Shown here: positions 49,222-59,240 of the stretch, one piece after another
How positions within the stretch are numbered: position 1 is the stretch's first letter
Layout of the letters: each line of letters begins with the position of its first letter
Source of the DNA: Dehalococcoidia bacterium
GTDB taxonomy: Bacteria; Chloroflexota; Dehalococcoidia; UBA2979
NCBI GenBank assembly: GCA_964291495.2
Contig: OZ219872.1
Coordinates: 352,001 to 416,000, forward strand
Length of the DNA: 64,000 bases
Direction: 5' to 3'
The notes under the pieces: generated by a model
The model's database searches: none
Seen by the model: the letters and a program-made list of their open reading frames with translations, nothing else
What the model was told of the DNA's origin: nothing
Made by a program: the position numbers and the translations under genes

Positions 49222-49256
49222 CCCTTCCCGTCATTCCGGCGAAAGCCGGAATCCAG
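49222..49256. repeat. VIPAKAGI-type palindromic element, copy 2
   Basis: Identical to 42364-42398. Confidence 0.9.
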
Positions 49257-49312
49257 TTGCGCAGGGCCGGGCGGGGTTCGGAACCATCGAGGGGGAGCGA
49301 TTCGTCGGCGAG

Positions 49313-49346
49313 CCCCCTCACCCCCGCCCTCTCCCCAGGGAGAGGG
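49313..49346 (+). repeat. REP-like hairpin repeat, copy 3
   Basis: CCCCCTCACCCCCGCCCTCTCCCCAGGGAGAGGG. Confidence 0.85.
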
Positions 49347-49378
49347 AGCCGGAGGGGAGAGGGGCGGAGGGTCGTCCG

Positions 49379-51003
49379 CTAGTCCGCGCCCTCGATCAGT
49401 CGCCGCCCGTAGCGCTCGCGGAGCGCGACCTTGTCGAACTTGCCCGTCGAGGTCTTCGGCACCGCGTCGACGGGATGAACTGGGCGGGCAGCCACCAGCG
49501 CAGGAACTGGGGCGCGATGAACTCGCGCAGCTCCTCGGCGTCGACGCGCGCGCCCGGGGCGGGCACGACGGCGGCCAGCGGGCGCTCGCCCCAGCGCTCG
49601 TCCTCGGCGGCGAAGACGGCGGCCTCGACGACCTCGGGGTGCGCCATCAGCGCGTTCTCCAGCGCGACGCTGCTGATCCACTCGCCGCCGGACTTCACGA
49701 CGTCGCGCGCACGGTCGGCGATGAGGATCGAGCCGTGCTCGTCGATCGTCACGATGTCGCCGGTACGGAACCAGCCGTCGCCGACGAAGTCGTCGGCGCG
49801 ATCGACCCCGTAGTAGGCGCGCGCGATCGTCGGGCCGCGCACCTGCAGCTCGCCGAGCGCCTGCCCGTCCCAGGGCTGGACCGTGCCGTCCTCGGCGACG
49901 TGCCGGAACGCGATCAGCGGCTGGGCGTGACCCTGGCGGGCGCGGGCGGCGAGCGTGTCCGCCTCGTCGAGCGCGTCGTGGGCGCGCTTCAGGTTGGCGA
50001 TGCTGCCGAGGGGGTTCATCTCCGTCATGCCCCAGGCGTGCGTGACGTGCAGCCCGTGGCGGTCGAAGCCCTCGATCAGCGAGGGCGGCGCGGCCGATCC
50101 GCCGATCACCAGCGAGCGCATCGCGGACAGGTCCCACTCGCCCGGCCGCTCGTCGAGCGTGCGCAGCACGTCGAGGAAGACGGTCGGCACGCCGCCGGTG
50201 AGCGTCACGCCCTCGTCGGCGAAGAGGCGCAGCAGGGACTCGGCGCTGAGGTCGCGCCCGGGGAAGACCTGCTTCGCGCCGGCGTAGGTCGCGGCGTAGG
50301 GGAAGCCCCAGGCGTTCGCGTGGTACATCGGCACCACCGGCAGCATGCAGTCGCGCTCGTGCATGCCGATGCTGTCGGTCATGCAGCTCATCAACGCCAG
50401 CAGCGTCGTCGAGCGGTGGCTGTAGAGCACGCCCTTGGGGCGGCCCGTCGTGCCCGAGGTGTGACACATCCCGCAGGCCTGCCGCTCGTCGAGCGGGGGC
50501 GGCTCAAACTCCTCCGGCTCGTCCGCAATCAGCTCCTCGTAGCCGCGGTAGCCCTCGGGCGTCGGGCCGTCGTCGGGGATCACGATCACGTGCTCGACGG
50601 AGATGCGGTCGCGGATCTCCTCGAAGGCGTCGAGCAGCGAGCTGTGGACGAAGAGCGCGCGGTCGGCGGCATCGTTGACGATGTAGGTCAGCTCGTCGCG
50701 GTGCAGGCGCGCGTTCAGCGTGTGCACAACAGCGCCGCTCAGCGGCACGGCGAAGTAGAGCTCCAGGTGGCGATGCTCGTTCCAGCAGAGCGTCGCGACC
50801 CGGTCGCCAGGCTCGATGCCGAGCCTCGCGAGGGCGTTCGCGAGCTTGCGCGTGCGGCGCGCGAAGTCGGCGTAGCTGTAGCGGTGGATGCTGCCGTCGG
50901 GGAAGCGGCTCACCAGCTCGTTGCCGGGGAACTGCGTGGCGGCGCGCTCGAAGAGCAGGGCGAGCGTGAGGGGATGGTCGTCGCTCATCAGGCTCTGCAG
51001 CAT
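49379..51003 (-). CDS. Fatty-acid--CoA ligase (AlkK/DmdB-like); apparent 1-nt frameshift near 49473
   Basis: HTSGTTGRPKG, AWGMTE, FRTGD, KSGGEWISS, WGERP; the A10 motif PKTSTGKFDK lies in a different frame ending at 49379. Confidence 0.88.
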
Positions 51004-51068
51004 CGACGCGCCCTCCCGGCCCTCGCGCGCGTGAGCCTAGCACCTCGCCGGGCCCGCCTCGCGATCGC

Positions 51069-51672
51069 TTAGCGCTCGATCAGGCTCCCGCCGAGGTCGG
51101 GCGAGGGGCGATCGAACGGGCGGTAGTCGGCGCGGCGGCGGCCGAGCGCGATGAACGCCTGCGGCTCGCCAGTCCTCGGGCAGATCGAGGACACGGCGCA
51201 CCTCGTCCGGCGTGTAGAGCGGGGCGGCCATCCAGTACGCGCCGAGCCCGCGCTCGCTGGCCTCGAGCAGCAGGTTCTGCAGCGCCGCGCCGAAGGAGTG
51301 CGCGGCCATCGTCCACTCGGCGCGGGTGCGCTCCTCGTCCGGGTAGACGTTCAGGCCCTCGCCGACGAGGCAGCCGAGCAGCAGCGTAGGCGCGCCCTCG
51401 ATGCGGCGGCGCGAGCGCTCGAGGGCGCGCCGACGCACGGCCTCGTCGAGGCCGTCGCGGACCATGTCCGCCTCCCAGGCCGCGCCCATCGCGGCGGCCA
51501 GCGCGGGGCGGCGCTGCTGCGAGATCGAGGCGAAGCGCCAGGGCCGCGTGTGGTGCGGCGCGGGCGCGAGCAGCGCCAGCTCGACCAGCGCCGCGATCTC
51601 CTCGCGGCTGAGCGGTGGGCCCTCAAGCCCGCGAATCGAGCGGCGGCGGCGCAGCGCGTCGGCAAGGCTCAT
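51069..51672 (-). CDS. Nitroreductase family protein (FbiB C-terminal-like); apparent 1-nt frameshift at 51168
   Basis: RRRSIR, APAPHHTRPWRF, GAALQNLLL, GLGAYW; expected EPQAFIALG tail lies in another frame. Confidence 0.82.
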
Positions 51673-51743
51673 CGGGGCTCCGATCCCACTGCTGCTAGCA
51701 TGGCGCGCGGCTCAGAGCGCAGGCAGCGAGGGGGTACGACGCG

Positions 51744-52121
51744 ATGCGGATCACGCGCATCTACACCGGCGACGACGGGGAATCGCACTTCGAGGACATC
51801 GAGATCAACTTCACGGCGGCGATGGGGCTCGGGAAGCGCACGGAGCACCTCCCGGCCGAGAGCATCAGCATGCGCGAGGCCGATGTCGAGAACGTGATGG
51901 ACTGGCACGTCGCGCCCCGCCGTCAGTTCGTGATCAACGTCGCCGGCCGGGCCGAGATGGAGTGCGGCGACGGCAGCAAGCGCCAGCTTGGCCCCGGCGA
52001 CGTGCTGCTGGCCGACGACCTGACGGGCCGCGGCCACATCACCCGCACCGTCGAGCTGCCACGGCGCTCGGTCGTGGTGCCCGTGCCGGACGACTTCGAC
52101 GTCGACGCCCTGCGCGCGTAG
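51744..52121 (+). CDS. Cupin-like protein
   Basis: RIYTGDDGESHFED, WHVAPRRQFV, GDVLLADDLTGRGH. Confidence 0.82.
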   Translation: MRITRIYTGDDGESHFEDIEINFTAAMGLGKRTEHLPAESISMREADVENVMDWHVAPRRQFVINVAGRAEMECGDGSKRQLGPGDVLLADDLTGRGHITRTVELPRRSVVVPVPDDFDVDALRA

Positions 52122-52169
52122 CCCGCGCATCGAGGCAGCCCCGGCCCGCCGCGCTCGCATCGCTCGCCG

Positions 52170-53462
52170 CTAGACGGCGGCGGCTTCGACCGGCTGGTTC
52201 GTCCTCGGGTCGACCTCGAAGGGGCTGTGCAGCTCGAGCGAGGCGCCGATCTCGCGCACCGCGGGGAGCACCTCCTCGCCCATCAGCTTCATGCTGCGCA
52301 TCTGGTCCTCGTGGCTCATCGCGCCCTCGCCGTCCCAGAGGATGATCGAGCCGGGCCGCAGCAGCTCGAGGATGTAGCGCAGCTTCTCGATCACCGTCTT
52401 CGGCGATCCGGTGATGATCGTCATGCGCTCGATCTGCTGCTCGTAGGTGCCGGCGGAGCGCTCGATCGTCGAGAGTTGCTTGCCACTCTCGGGCGGCGCG
52501 GCGAGGCCGCGCGAGTAGGCGGTGGCGCGGTTGAGCGCGGCGGCCGGCATGGTGCGGTTGCGGGGCGCAAGCCCGGGCAGATTCTGCAGGTGGCGATGGA
52601 CGCCGCCCTGGTTGCCCTCGAGGAAAGGGTTGGGCGGCCCCTGGATGTACTTGCGGCCGACCTCGAAGGCGAGCTCGTCGGTCGCCTCGACGTGGACCTT
52701 GAAGAGGTAGCCGCGATGCTGGGGGCCGGCCTCGTAGCCGTGCTCGCGGGCGTGTTCGGCGTAGAACTCGAAGGACTGACGCGTCGCCTCGGGGGCGGTG
52801 GCGAGCATCACGTAGGGGTAGCGGTGCGCGGCCGCCCAGTCGGTGCTCTCCTTGCTGCCCCCGCCGGGGATCCAGATCGGCGGGTGCGGCTGCTGGTAGG
52901 GACGCGTGAAGGGGTTCACGTAGCGGTAGTTGTAGTGCTCCCCCTCCCAGCGGAACGGGCCGTGCTTCGTCCAGGCCGTCACGATGAAGTCGTGCGCCTC
53001 CTCGAAGCGCTCGCGGTTGAACGGCGGCTGCGCGTTGTGCGAGACGCTCTCGCGGCCCGAGCCGTGCACCCAGCCGGTCACGAGGCGGCCGCGCGAGATC
53101 ATGTCGATCTCGGCCAGCGACTCGGCGAGCCAGAGCGGGTCGTCCCAGAGCGGCAGGATGTTGCCGAGCAGCAGGATCCGCGGCCGCTTCGTGATCCTCG
53201 CGAGGATCGCCGCCTCCACGTTCATCACGCCACCCATGCAGGCGGGCGTGCTGTGGTGCTCGTTGAGCATCAGGGCGTCGAAGCCCGCCTCCTCGGCGGC
53301 GAGCTTCTCGTCGAGGTAGCGGTGATAGAGCATCGAGCCGAGGCGCGGGTCGTAGTCCTTGTTGCTGAGTCCGAGGTCGAAGTAGGCCTCGCGCGTGGTG
53401 GAGCCGAAGAAGCCGTGCTCCTCGTCCTGGTAGGGCCGCTCCGTAAAATGCCCGATCAGCAC
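52170..53462 (-). CDS. LLM-class flavin-dependent oxidoreductase
   Basis: GFD..MLNEHH, PLWLAESLAEIDMISRGRL, PYQQPHPPIWIPG, EVLP. Confidence 0.9.
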   Translation of the reverse strand: MLIGHFTERPYQDEEHGFFGSTTREAYFDLGLSNKDYDPRLGSMLYHRYLDEKLAAEEAGFDALMLNEHHSTPACMGGVMNVEAAILARITKRPRILLLGNILPLWDDPLWLAESLAEIDMISRGRLVTGWVHGSGRESVSHNAQPPFNRERFEEAHDFIVTAWTKHGPFRWEGEHYNYRYVNPFTRPYQQPHPPIWIPGGGSKESTDWAAAHRYPYVMLATAPEATRQSFEFYAEHAREHGYEAGPQHRGYLFKVHVEATDELAFEVGRKYIQGPPNPFLEGNQGGVHRHLQNLPGLAPRNRTMPAAALNRATAYSRGLAAPPESGKQLSTIERSAGTYEQQIERMTIITGSPKTVIEKLRYILELLRPGSIILWDGEGAMSHEDQMRSMKLMGEEVLPAVREIGASLELHSPFEVDPRTNQPVEAAAV

Positions 53463-53580
53463 CGTCCCGCCCCTCTCGCGCGGCCCGCGATCACGTCTCG
53501 CGAGGGCCTCCGGCCCTCGTGGGCCGCCGCTACGGTACCATCCCGGCGCGCCGCATCGCTGGCGCGGAACGGGGGCGAAG

Positions 53581-54489
53581 ATGGAACTGGGCGTCGTCTT
53601 TCCCACGAACGAGATGGGCACCGACCCGATTGCGATCCGGGACTATGCGCAGGCTGCCGAGGACCTCGGCTACACCCGCCTCGTCGCCTACGACCACGTC
53701 CTCGGCGCACACCCCGACCGCCCTGAGGGCGGCGCCTGGCTCGGTCCCTACGGGCGGCACGTCACACCGCCGTACACGCACGAAAACGCCTTCCACGAGC
53801 CGTTCGTGCTGTTCGGCTTCCTCGCCGGGCTCACCGGCAGGCTCGAGTTCATGACCGGGGTGCTGGTGCTGCCGCAGCGGCAGACAGCGCTCGTCGCCAA
53901 GCAATGCGCGCAGATCGACATCCTCGCGGGTGGCGGGCGGCTGATTCTCGGCGTCGGCGTCGGCTGGAACTCGGTCGAGTTCGAGGCGCTGGGCGAGAGC
54001 TACCGCACGCGCGGGCGGCGCATGGAGGAGCAGATCGGCCTGCTGCGGCAGCTCTGGACGGAGCCGGTCATCACCTTCGAGGGCGACTTCGACCGCGTCA
54101 CCAAGGCCGGCCTGAACCCGCTGCCCGAGCGCCCGATCCCGATCTGGATCGGCGCGATGGCGGATGTCGCCGTCGACCGCGCCGGCCGCCTCGCCGACGG
54201 CTGGCACGTCCCGCGCGCCTACCGCGGCGACGCCGAGCGGATCGCCCTCGAGGCGCAGAAGTTCTTCGGCGCCGCCCGCGCCGCGGGGCGCGACCCCTCG
54301 ACGCTGGGCCTGAGCAGCAACCTGCACGTCGTGGGGCTGAACCCGGACGAGCAGCTCGAGTTGGCCGAGGGCGTGGAGGCGGCGGGCGTCACGCACCTGC
54401 ACATCAGCACGATGGAGGTCGGCTACACACCCGAGCAGCACATCAGCGCAATCCGCAACTTCGCCGAGCAGTACGGCGTGGGCGCCTAG
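53581..54489 (+). CDS. LLM-class, probably F420-dependent, oxidoreductase
   Basis: AEDLGY..YDHV, HEPF, TGVLVLPQRQ, GRLILGVGVGW, PIWIG, ADGW. Confidence 0.88.
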   Translation: MELGVVFPTNEMGTDPIAIRDYAQAAEDLGYTRLVAYDHVLGAHPDRPEGGAWLGPYGRHVTPPYTHENAFHEPFVLFGFLAGLTGRLEFMTGVLVLPQRQTALVAKQCAQIDILAGGGRLILGVGVGWNSVEFEALGESYRTRGRRMEEQIGLLRQLWTEPVITFEGDFDRVTKAGLNPLPERPIPIWIGAMADVAVDRAGRLADGWHVPRAYRGDAERIALEAQKFFGAARAAGRDPSTLGLSSNLHVVGLNPDEQLELAEGVEAAGVTHLHISTMEVGYTPEQHISAIRNFAEQYGVGA

Positions 54490-54507
54490 CCCCGCGCGGC
54501 GAGCAGC

Positions 54508-54930
54508 GTGCCCGTCCCCGACCTCGACGAGTGGCGCCGCCGCTGGGAGCGCCCGATTCTCCAGCGCCTCGGCATCCGCGGCGACACCGTCGAGCACGGC
54601 TACGCGCGGATGCGCGTCGATCGCCCCGAGGGCGCCGACGAGCTGCTGTACCGCAGCTCCCTCACCATCGCCGCCGACCTCGCAGCCATCTCCGCCGTCA
54701 CGTCGCAGCTCGAGGAGGGCGTGCAGCTCGCGAACGGCACCGCCGAGCTGCACCTCTCGTTCATCGACACGCCGGGCGGGCTGCCCGGCGCCATCGAGGT
54801 CAGCGCGCGTGTCGCGAACTGGGCGGACTACGCCACGCACCTCGAGGTCGAGGCGCGCGCGCCCGGCGGCGAGCTGCTGGCGCAGGGGCTGACCACCTAC
54901 TCGCTGCGACCCGTGGCGGGGGCCTCGTGA
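54508..54930 (+). CDS. PaaI-like hot-dog fold protein (catalytic motif degenerate)
   Basis: LGI, GYARM, AAD, TAELHLSF pattern; no HGG motif. Confidence 0.65.
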   Translation: MPVPDLDEWRRRWERPILQRLGIRGDTVEHGYARMRVDRPEGADELLYRSSLTIAADLAAISAVTSQLEEGVQLANGTAELHLSFIDTPGGLPGAIEVSARVANWADYATHLEVEARAPGGELLAQGLTTYSLRPVAGAS

Positions 54931-55364
54931 GCTCCGTCGGCGCGGCTGCCGGGCCGCTCTTCGAGGTCTTCGCGATCGAGGTCGAGGAGCTGCGCGAGGG
55001 CTACGCACGCATCGCCGTGGAACGCTCGCGGATGCCGCTGCGCGGCGTGCGCAACTCGCTCAACGGGGGCGTCGTCGCCTCGCTCGCCGACGCGGCGATG
55101 CAACTCTGCACCGAGACGGTGCTGCGGCCCGGCGAGCAGCCGGGGCCGACGCTGGAGCTGAGCATCTCCTACCTTTCCTCGGCACGCGGGGAGCGGACCA
55201 CCGCCGAGGCGCGGTTGTTGCGCCGCGGCGGCCGCCTCGCCGTCGGCGACGTGGAGCTGCGCGACGCCTCGGACGGCGCGATCAACGCGAAGGCGCGCGT
55301 CACCTGCGGCATCCGCCGCGCCGCCGACACGAACGCAAGCGAGGAGACGGGAGGCGACCAATGA
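54927..55364 (+). CDS. PaaI family thioesterase
   Basis: LNGGVVASLAD, TLELSISYL, GGRLAVG; GTG overlaps the previous stop. Confidence 0.85.
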   Translation: MSSVGAAAGPLFEVFAIEVEELREGYARIAVERSRMPLRGVRNSLNGGVVASLADAAMQLCTETVLRPGEQPGPTLELSISYLSSARGERTTAEARLLRRGGRLAVGDVELRDASDGAINAKARVTCGIRRAADTNASEETGGDQ

Positions 55365-56533
55365 CGGAGCAGACGGAGCAGAAGCCGCGCTGGGCGGTCG
55401 AGGGCGTGCTCAGCGACGAGATGCTGGACCGGCACCGCACGCGGCTCGGACGGACCTGGGAGGCGGAGGGCCTGCTCGACCGCTCGGCGATCGACATCTT
55501 CGCGCGCGCGATCGGGGACTCGAACCCCCTCTGGCAGGATCCCGAGTACGCCGCAGCCGGGCCGTTCGGCGCCTTGGTGGCGCCACCCGGCGCGCTCTAC
55601 CGCATCCACCTCGGCAACGCGATGCACGGCCTGCGCGGCGTCATGGGCTACAACATCGGCACCGCCTGGGAGCTGCTCGCTCCCATCTACGAGGGCGACA
55701 CGATCCGCACCTCGATCGTCTTCGACGAGATCGAGGAGCGCGACGAGTCGCGCTTCGCCCAGCGCTCGATCATCGAGCACTACCGGGGCGACTGGACGAA
55801 CCAGCGCGGCGAGGTGGTCGCGCGCTCGCACGTGCGCAACCTGCGCGTCGAGCGCAGCAGCACGCGCCGCAAGGGTCGCGACACGCGCCTCGAGGTGCCG
55901 CACCCCTGGAGCGACGAGGAACGGCTGGCGATCGAGGAGGCCTCGGCGCGCGAGCCGGAGCAGATCCGCGGCAGCGAGCCGCTGTGGTGGGAGGACGTGG
56001 AGGAGGACACGGCGCTGGAGCCGCTGGTCAAGGGCCCGCTGCGCATGTGGGACATGATCTGCTGGTTCTCCGCGCGCGCCATCCTCAACGGTTACTCGCG
56101 CTCCATCCGCGGCATCCTCGACACGCCCGCGCTCGGCATGCTCCACCCGGCGAGCAACGCCCGCGAGCCGATCGAGATCGTGCACGTCGACAACGAGGCG
56201 GCGCGCACCGCCGGGCTGCCCGGCGCCTACGACCTCGGCGCGGCGCGGCAGTCCTACCAGCTGCAATCTCTGATCCACGCCGTAGGCGACGACGCCTGGA
56301 TCAAGCACAACTCCTGCGAGTACCGGCGCTTCGTCTACCTCGGCGACGCGATGACGTTCCAGAACACCGTCACGCGCAAGTTCGTCGACGAGGACGGCGA
56401 GCACTGCATCGAGGTGCACGGCTCGGTCTTCAACCAGCGCAAGGAGGACGTGATGCCCTCGCGCTCCGTGATCGCGCTGCCCAGCCGCGAGGAGGAGACG
56501 ACGCCGGCGCGGCGGCGCGCCCGCGCGAGCTGA
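55361..56533 (+). CDS. Double hot-dog MaoC/FAS1-like dehydratase
   Basis: FARAIGDSNPLW.D.EYA, APP, PIYEGD; second domain WWEDV, HVD, YDLG, YLGD. Confidence 0.82.
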   Translation: MTEQTEQKPRWAVEGVLSDEMLDRHRTRLGRTWEAEGLLDRSAIDIFARAIGDSNPLWQDPEYAAAGPFGALVAPPGALYRIHLGNAMHGLRGVMGYNIGTAWELLAPIYEGDTIRTSIVFDEIEERDESRFAQRSIIEHYRGDWTNQRGEVVARSHVRNLRVERSSTRRKGRDTRLEVPHPWSDEERLAIEEASAREPEQIRGSEPLWWEDVEEDTALEPLVKGPLRMWDMICWFSARAILNGYSRSIRGILDTPALGMLHPASNAREPIEIVHVDNEAARTAGLPGAYDLGAARQSYQLQSLIHAVGDDAWIKHNSCEYRRFVYLGDAMTFQNTVTRKFVDEDGEHCIEVHGSVFNQRKEDVMPSRSVIALPSREEETTPARRRARAS

Positions 56534-56606
56534 CTCGTGGTCCGATAGCATGCGCCCGGCCCGCCATCACGGGCGGAATCGCGTGCGCGAACGAACGGAG
56601 GACGAG

Positions 56607-57431
56607 ATGGTTTCAATCACCGTGGGCAACGTCGAGATCGTGCAGTTGCTCGACCTCAATCTTGGATTCCCGTTCGCCAACGTCTTCCCCGACGTCAGCG
56701 AGGAGCAGTGGACCCCCTACCTCTCGCAGTATCCGGGTTCCGGCGAGAGCACCGATCTGTGGCGCTCGAACGCACAGTGCTACGCCCTGCGCTCCGGCGG
56801 GGAGACGATCCTGATCGACACCGGCTTCGGCCCCGGCCCGTTCGACTTCCTCGGCGGCGCGACGGGCAACCTGGTGCCGGACATGCAGGCGCAGGGCGTC
56901 GAGCCGGACTCCGTCGGGCGCGTGGCCTTCACGCACCTGCACGGCGACCACGTCGGCTGGAGCGTGGGCGAGGGCGGCGCGGCCACCTTCGCCAACGCGC
57001 GCTACGTCGTGCCGCAGGCGGACTGGGACGCGTTCCATGGCGACCCGAACAGCCCGCACGTCGAGGCGCAGATCGAGCCGCTCGAGGCGCTCGGCGTGAT
57101 GGATCTCGTCGCCGGCGAGGTGGCGCTGACCGATGAGATCACCGCGATCCCCACGCCCGGCCACACGCCGGGACACCAGAGCTTCGTGATCGACTCGGCC
57201 GGTGAACGGGCGCTGATCCTCGGCGACGTGGCGCACCACCCCGCGCAGAGCGAGGAGACCGGGTGGAGCCCGAGCTTCGACAGCGACGGCTCGCTCAGCG
57301 CGGAGACCCGCCGCGACGTCATGGAGCGCCTGGAGGCCGACGGCGACCTCGTGGCCGCCTGCCACTTCCCGGCGCCCGGCTTCGGCCACATCGTGCGCGT
57401 CGAGGGCAAGCGCACCTTCCGCGCGCTGTAG
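56607..57431 (+). CDS. MBL-fold metallo-hydrolase
   Basis: LIDTG, THLHGDHVG, TPGHTPGH, GDVAH, HFP. Confidence 0.92.
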   Translation: MVSITVGNVEIVQLLDLNLGFPFANVFPDVSEEQWTPYLSQYPGSGESTDLWRSNAQCYALRSGGETILIDTGFGPGPFDFLGGATGNLVPDMQAQGVEPDSVGRVAFTHLHGDHVGWSVGEGGAATFANARYVVPQADWDAFHGDPNSPHVEAQIEPLEALGVMDLVAGEVALTDEITAIPTPGHTPGHQSFVIDSAGERALILGDVAHHPAQSEETGWSPSFDSDGSLSAETRRDVMERLEADGDLVAACHFPAPGFGHIVRVEGKRTFRAL

Positions 57432-57440
57432 GAGACCGGG

Positions 57441-58442
57441 TCAGGCGAGCAGCGACTCCAGCACGCGGCCGACCTCGCGCGGGTCGCCCTCGGGCATGTA
57501 GAGCATCTGCACGTCCGCGCCGAGGCGGGCGCGCTCGGCGAGGCGCTCACGCACCTCCCCGATCGGCCCGATCACCTGGATCCCCGCGATCATCTCGTCG
57601 CTGAGCGCGGCCAGCGAGGCCTCGCGGTCGCGCTCGCCCCAGGCCGCCTTCGAGGCGGCGACCTCGTCGGCGTGCCCGGCGCGGGTGAGCATCTGCCAGT
57701 AGAAGTCGCCCATGCGGTTCACGTAGTGATGGACGTGCGCGCGGGCCGCCATCCACTTGCGCTCGTCCTCGTCGGCGTTGCCGTCGAGGATGAAGACGTT
57801 GGTGAACGGCGCGATCGTGATCTCCGCGGCGTCGCGCCCGGCGCTGCTCGCGCCCTCCTCGAGCTGCTCGCGCAGCTGCGGCAGCAGCCGCGTCGGCCAG
57901 TGGATCGGCAGGATGCCGTCGGCGATCTCGCCGGTCTGGCGGATCGAGCGAGGGGTGATCGCGGCGATCCAGACGGGAACCTCGTCGCGCACGCGCGGAT
58001 AGTCGAGCCGGAAGCCGCGCTGCAGCTGGAACAGCTCGCCCTCGTACTCCAGGCGCTGGCCGGCCATCAGCATCTGGAAGATCTCGACGTACTCGCGGAT
58101 GCGGCGCAGCGGCCGCTCGAACGGCACCCCGAAGAAGTCCTCGATCACGAGGTGGCCGGAGGAGCCGAGGCCGAGCACCATCCGGCCCTCGGAGATCTGC
58201 TCGAGCCGCGCGAACTCCTGCGCCAGCGTGGCGGGACTGCGCGAGAAGACGTTGAGGATCGAGGGCAGGATCGTGGCGCGCTCGGTGTGCTCGGCGAGCA
58301 GCGTGAGCCAGGGGATCGCGGATGGGCCCCAGGATTCGCCGCCGCTGGTGATGTACTCGATGCCGAGGTCCTCGGCGATCCGCACCTTCTCCAGCGTTTC
58401 CCGCCAGTCGTCCCCCATAGCGGCCTGCAGTCCGAGCTTCAT
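57441..58442 (-). CDS. LLM-class oxidoreductase (Mer/F420-type)
   Basis: AEDLG, ESWG, ILNVFSRSPA, GRMVLGLGSSG, VWIAA, GEIADG. Confidence 0.88.
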   Translation of the reverse strand: MKLGLQAAMGDDWRETLEKVRIAEDLGIEYITSGGESWGPSAIPWLTLLAEHTERATILPSILNVFSRSPATLAQEFARLEQISEGRMVLGLGSSGHLVIEDFFGVPFERPLRRIREYVEIFQMLMAGQRLEYEGELFQLQRGFRLDYPRVRDEVPVWIAAITPRSIRQTGEIADGILPIHWPTRLLPQLREQLEEGASSAGRDAAEITIAPFTNVFILDGNADEDERKWMAARAHVHHYVNRMGDFYWQMLTRAGHADEVAASKAAWGERDREASLAALSDEMIAGIQVIGPIGEVRERLAERARLGADVQMLYMPEGDPREVGRVLESLLA

Positions 58443-58553
58443 CGCGGCCCCCTCTCGCGCGCCGGATTCTAGCCTGCCCGCAGCACACAGGAGCCGCAGC
58501 CGGGCTCCCGCGCTACCATGCGCCGGACAAGCGAAGGAGCACCGGCGGGAGCC

Positions 58554-58919
58554 ATGCCCAACCAGTACGCCGCCACCGACACGCGCACCGGCCTCGAGGT
58601 CACCGTCACGGGCGAGTTCCCCGAGGAGCCCGAGGACCGCGTGCGCATCGCCCGCACCTCGACGCTGTTCACGCGGCTGATGGCGACGATCCTCGATATG
58701 GAGGACGCGACGCCGCGCCGCGAGGGCTTCCGCGCCGTCGAGACGCAGCTCGAGATCGCGGATGCGCTGCTGCGCCGCGACATGGAAGAGGTGCAGCGCC
58801 TGATCCGCGAGACGCTGTCCTCGATGGGCATCACCGAGGACCACCTCGGCGAGATCGAGGCGGAGCTGCGCCGCCAGCTCGGCCAGCTCGGCGACGAGCA
58901 GCCCCCGGAGCCGGTGTAG
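58554..58919 (+). CDS. Hypothetical acidic helical protein
   Basis: 121 aa, strong GC3 codon bias, GGGAG SD. Confidence 0.75.
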   Translation: MPNQYAATDTRTGLEVTVTGEFPEEPEDRVRIARTSTLFTRLMATILDMEDATPRREGFRAVETQLEIADALLRRDMEEVQRLIRETLSSMGITEDHLGEIEAELRRQLGQLGDEQPPEPV

Positions 58920-58935
58920 TCCTGCGCCGTCGACG

Positions 58936-58972
58936 TTGCAGCGGACGAGCGGCAGCCGTATGGTTTTCCATA
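58936..58972 (+). promoter_or_regulatory. vapBC promoter with overlapping palindromic operator
   Basis: TTGCAG-N17-TATGGT; TATGG-TTTT-CCATA inverted repeat over the -10 and the start codon. Confidence 0.7.
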
Positions 58973-59235
58973 TGAAGACCACGCTCAACATCGACGACAC
59001 GGTGATGAAGCGGCTGCGCGAAGAGGCGGCGCGGCGCGACACGACCATGTCCGCGCTCGTCGAGGCAGGCCTGCGGCGCATCCTTGATGACGAGCCTTCC
59101 ACGGGGTCCGTCGAGGCGGAACTGCCGCCACTCCCGACATGGAACGGGGGCGAGGCGCGGGTTGACGTGGCCGATCGCGACGCGCTGGAAGCGGTGATGG
59201 GTGGCGACGGCCCGTACACGACACCGGGAGCGTAG
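58972..59235 (+). CDS. vapB: VapB-type ribbon-helix-helix antitoxin
   Basis: MKTTLNIDD..L..EAARR..TMS.LVE.GLR; directly precedes a PIN-domain gene. Confidence 0.88.
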   Translation: MKTTLNIDDTVMKRLREEAARRDTTMSALVEAGLRRILDDEPSTGSVEAELPPLPTWNGGEARVDVADRDALEAVMGGDGPYTTPGA

Positions 59236-59240
59236 GCACC

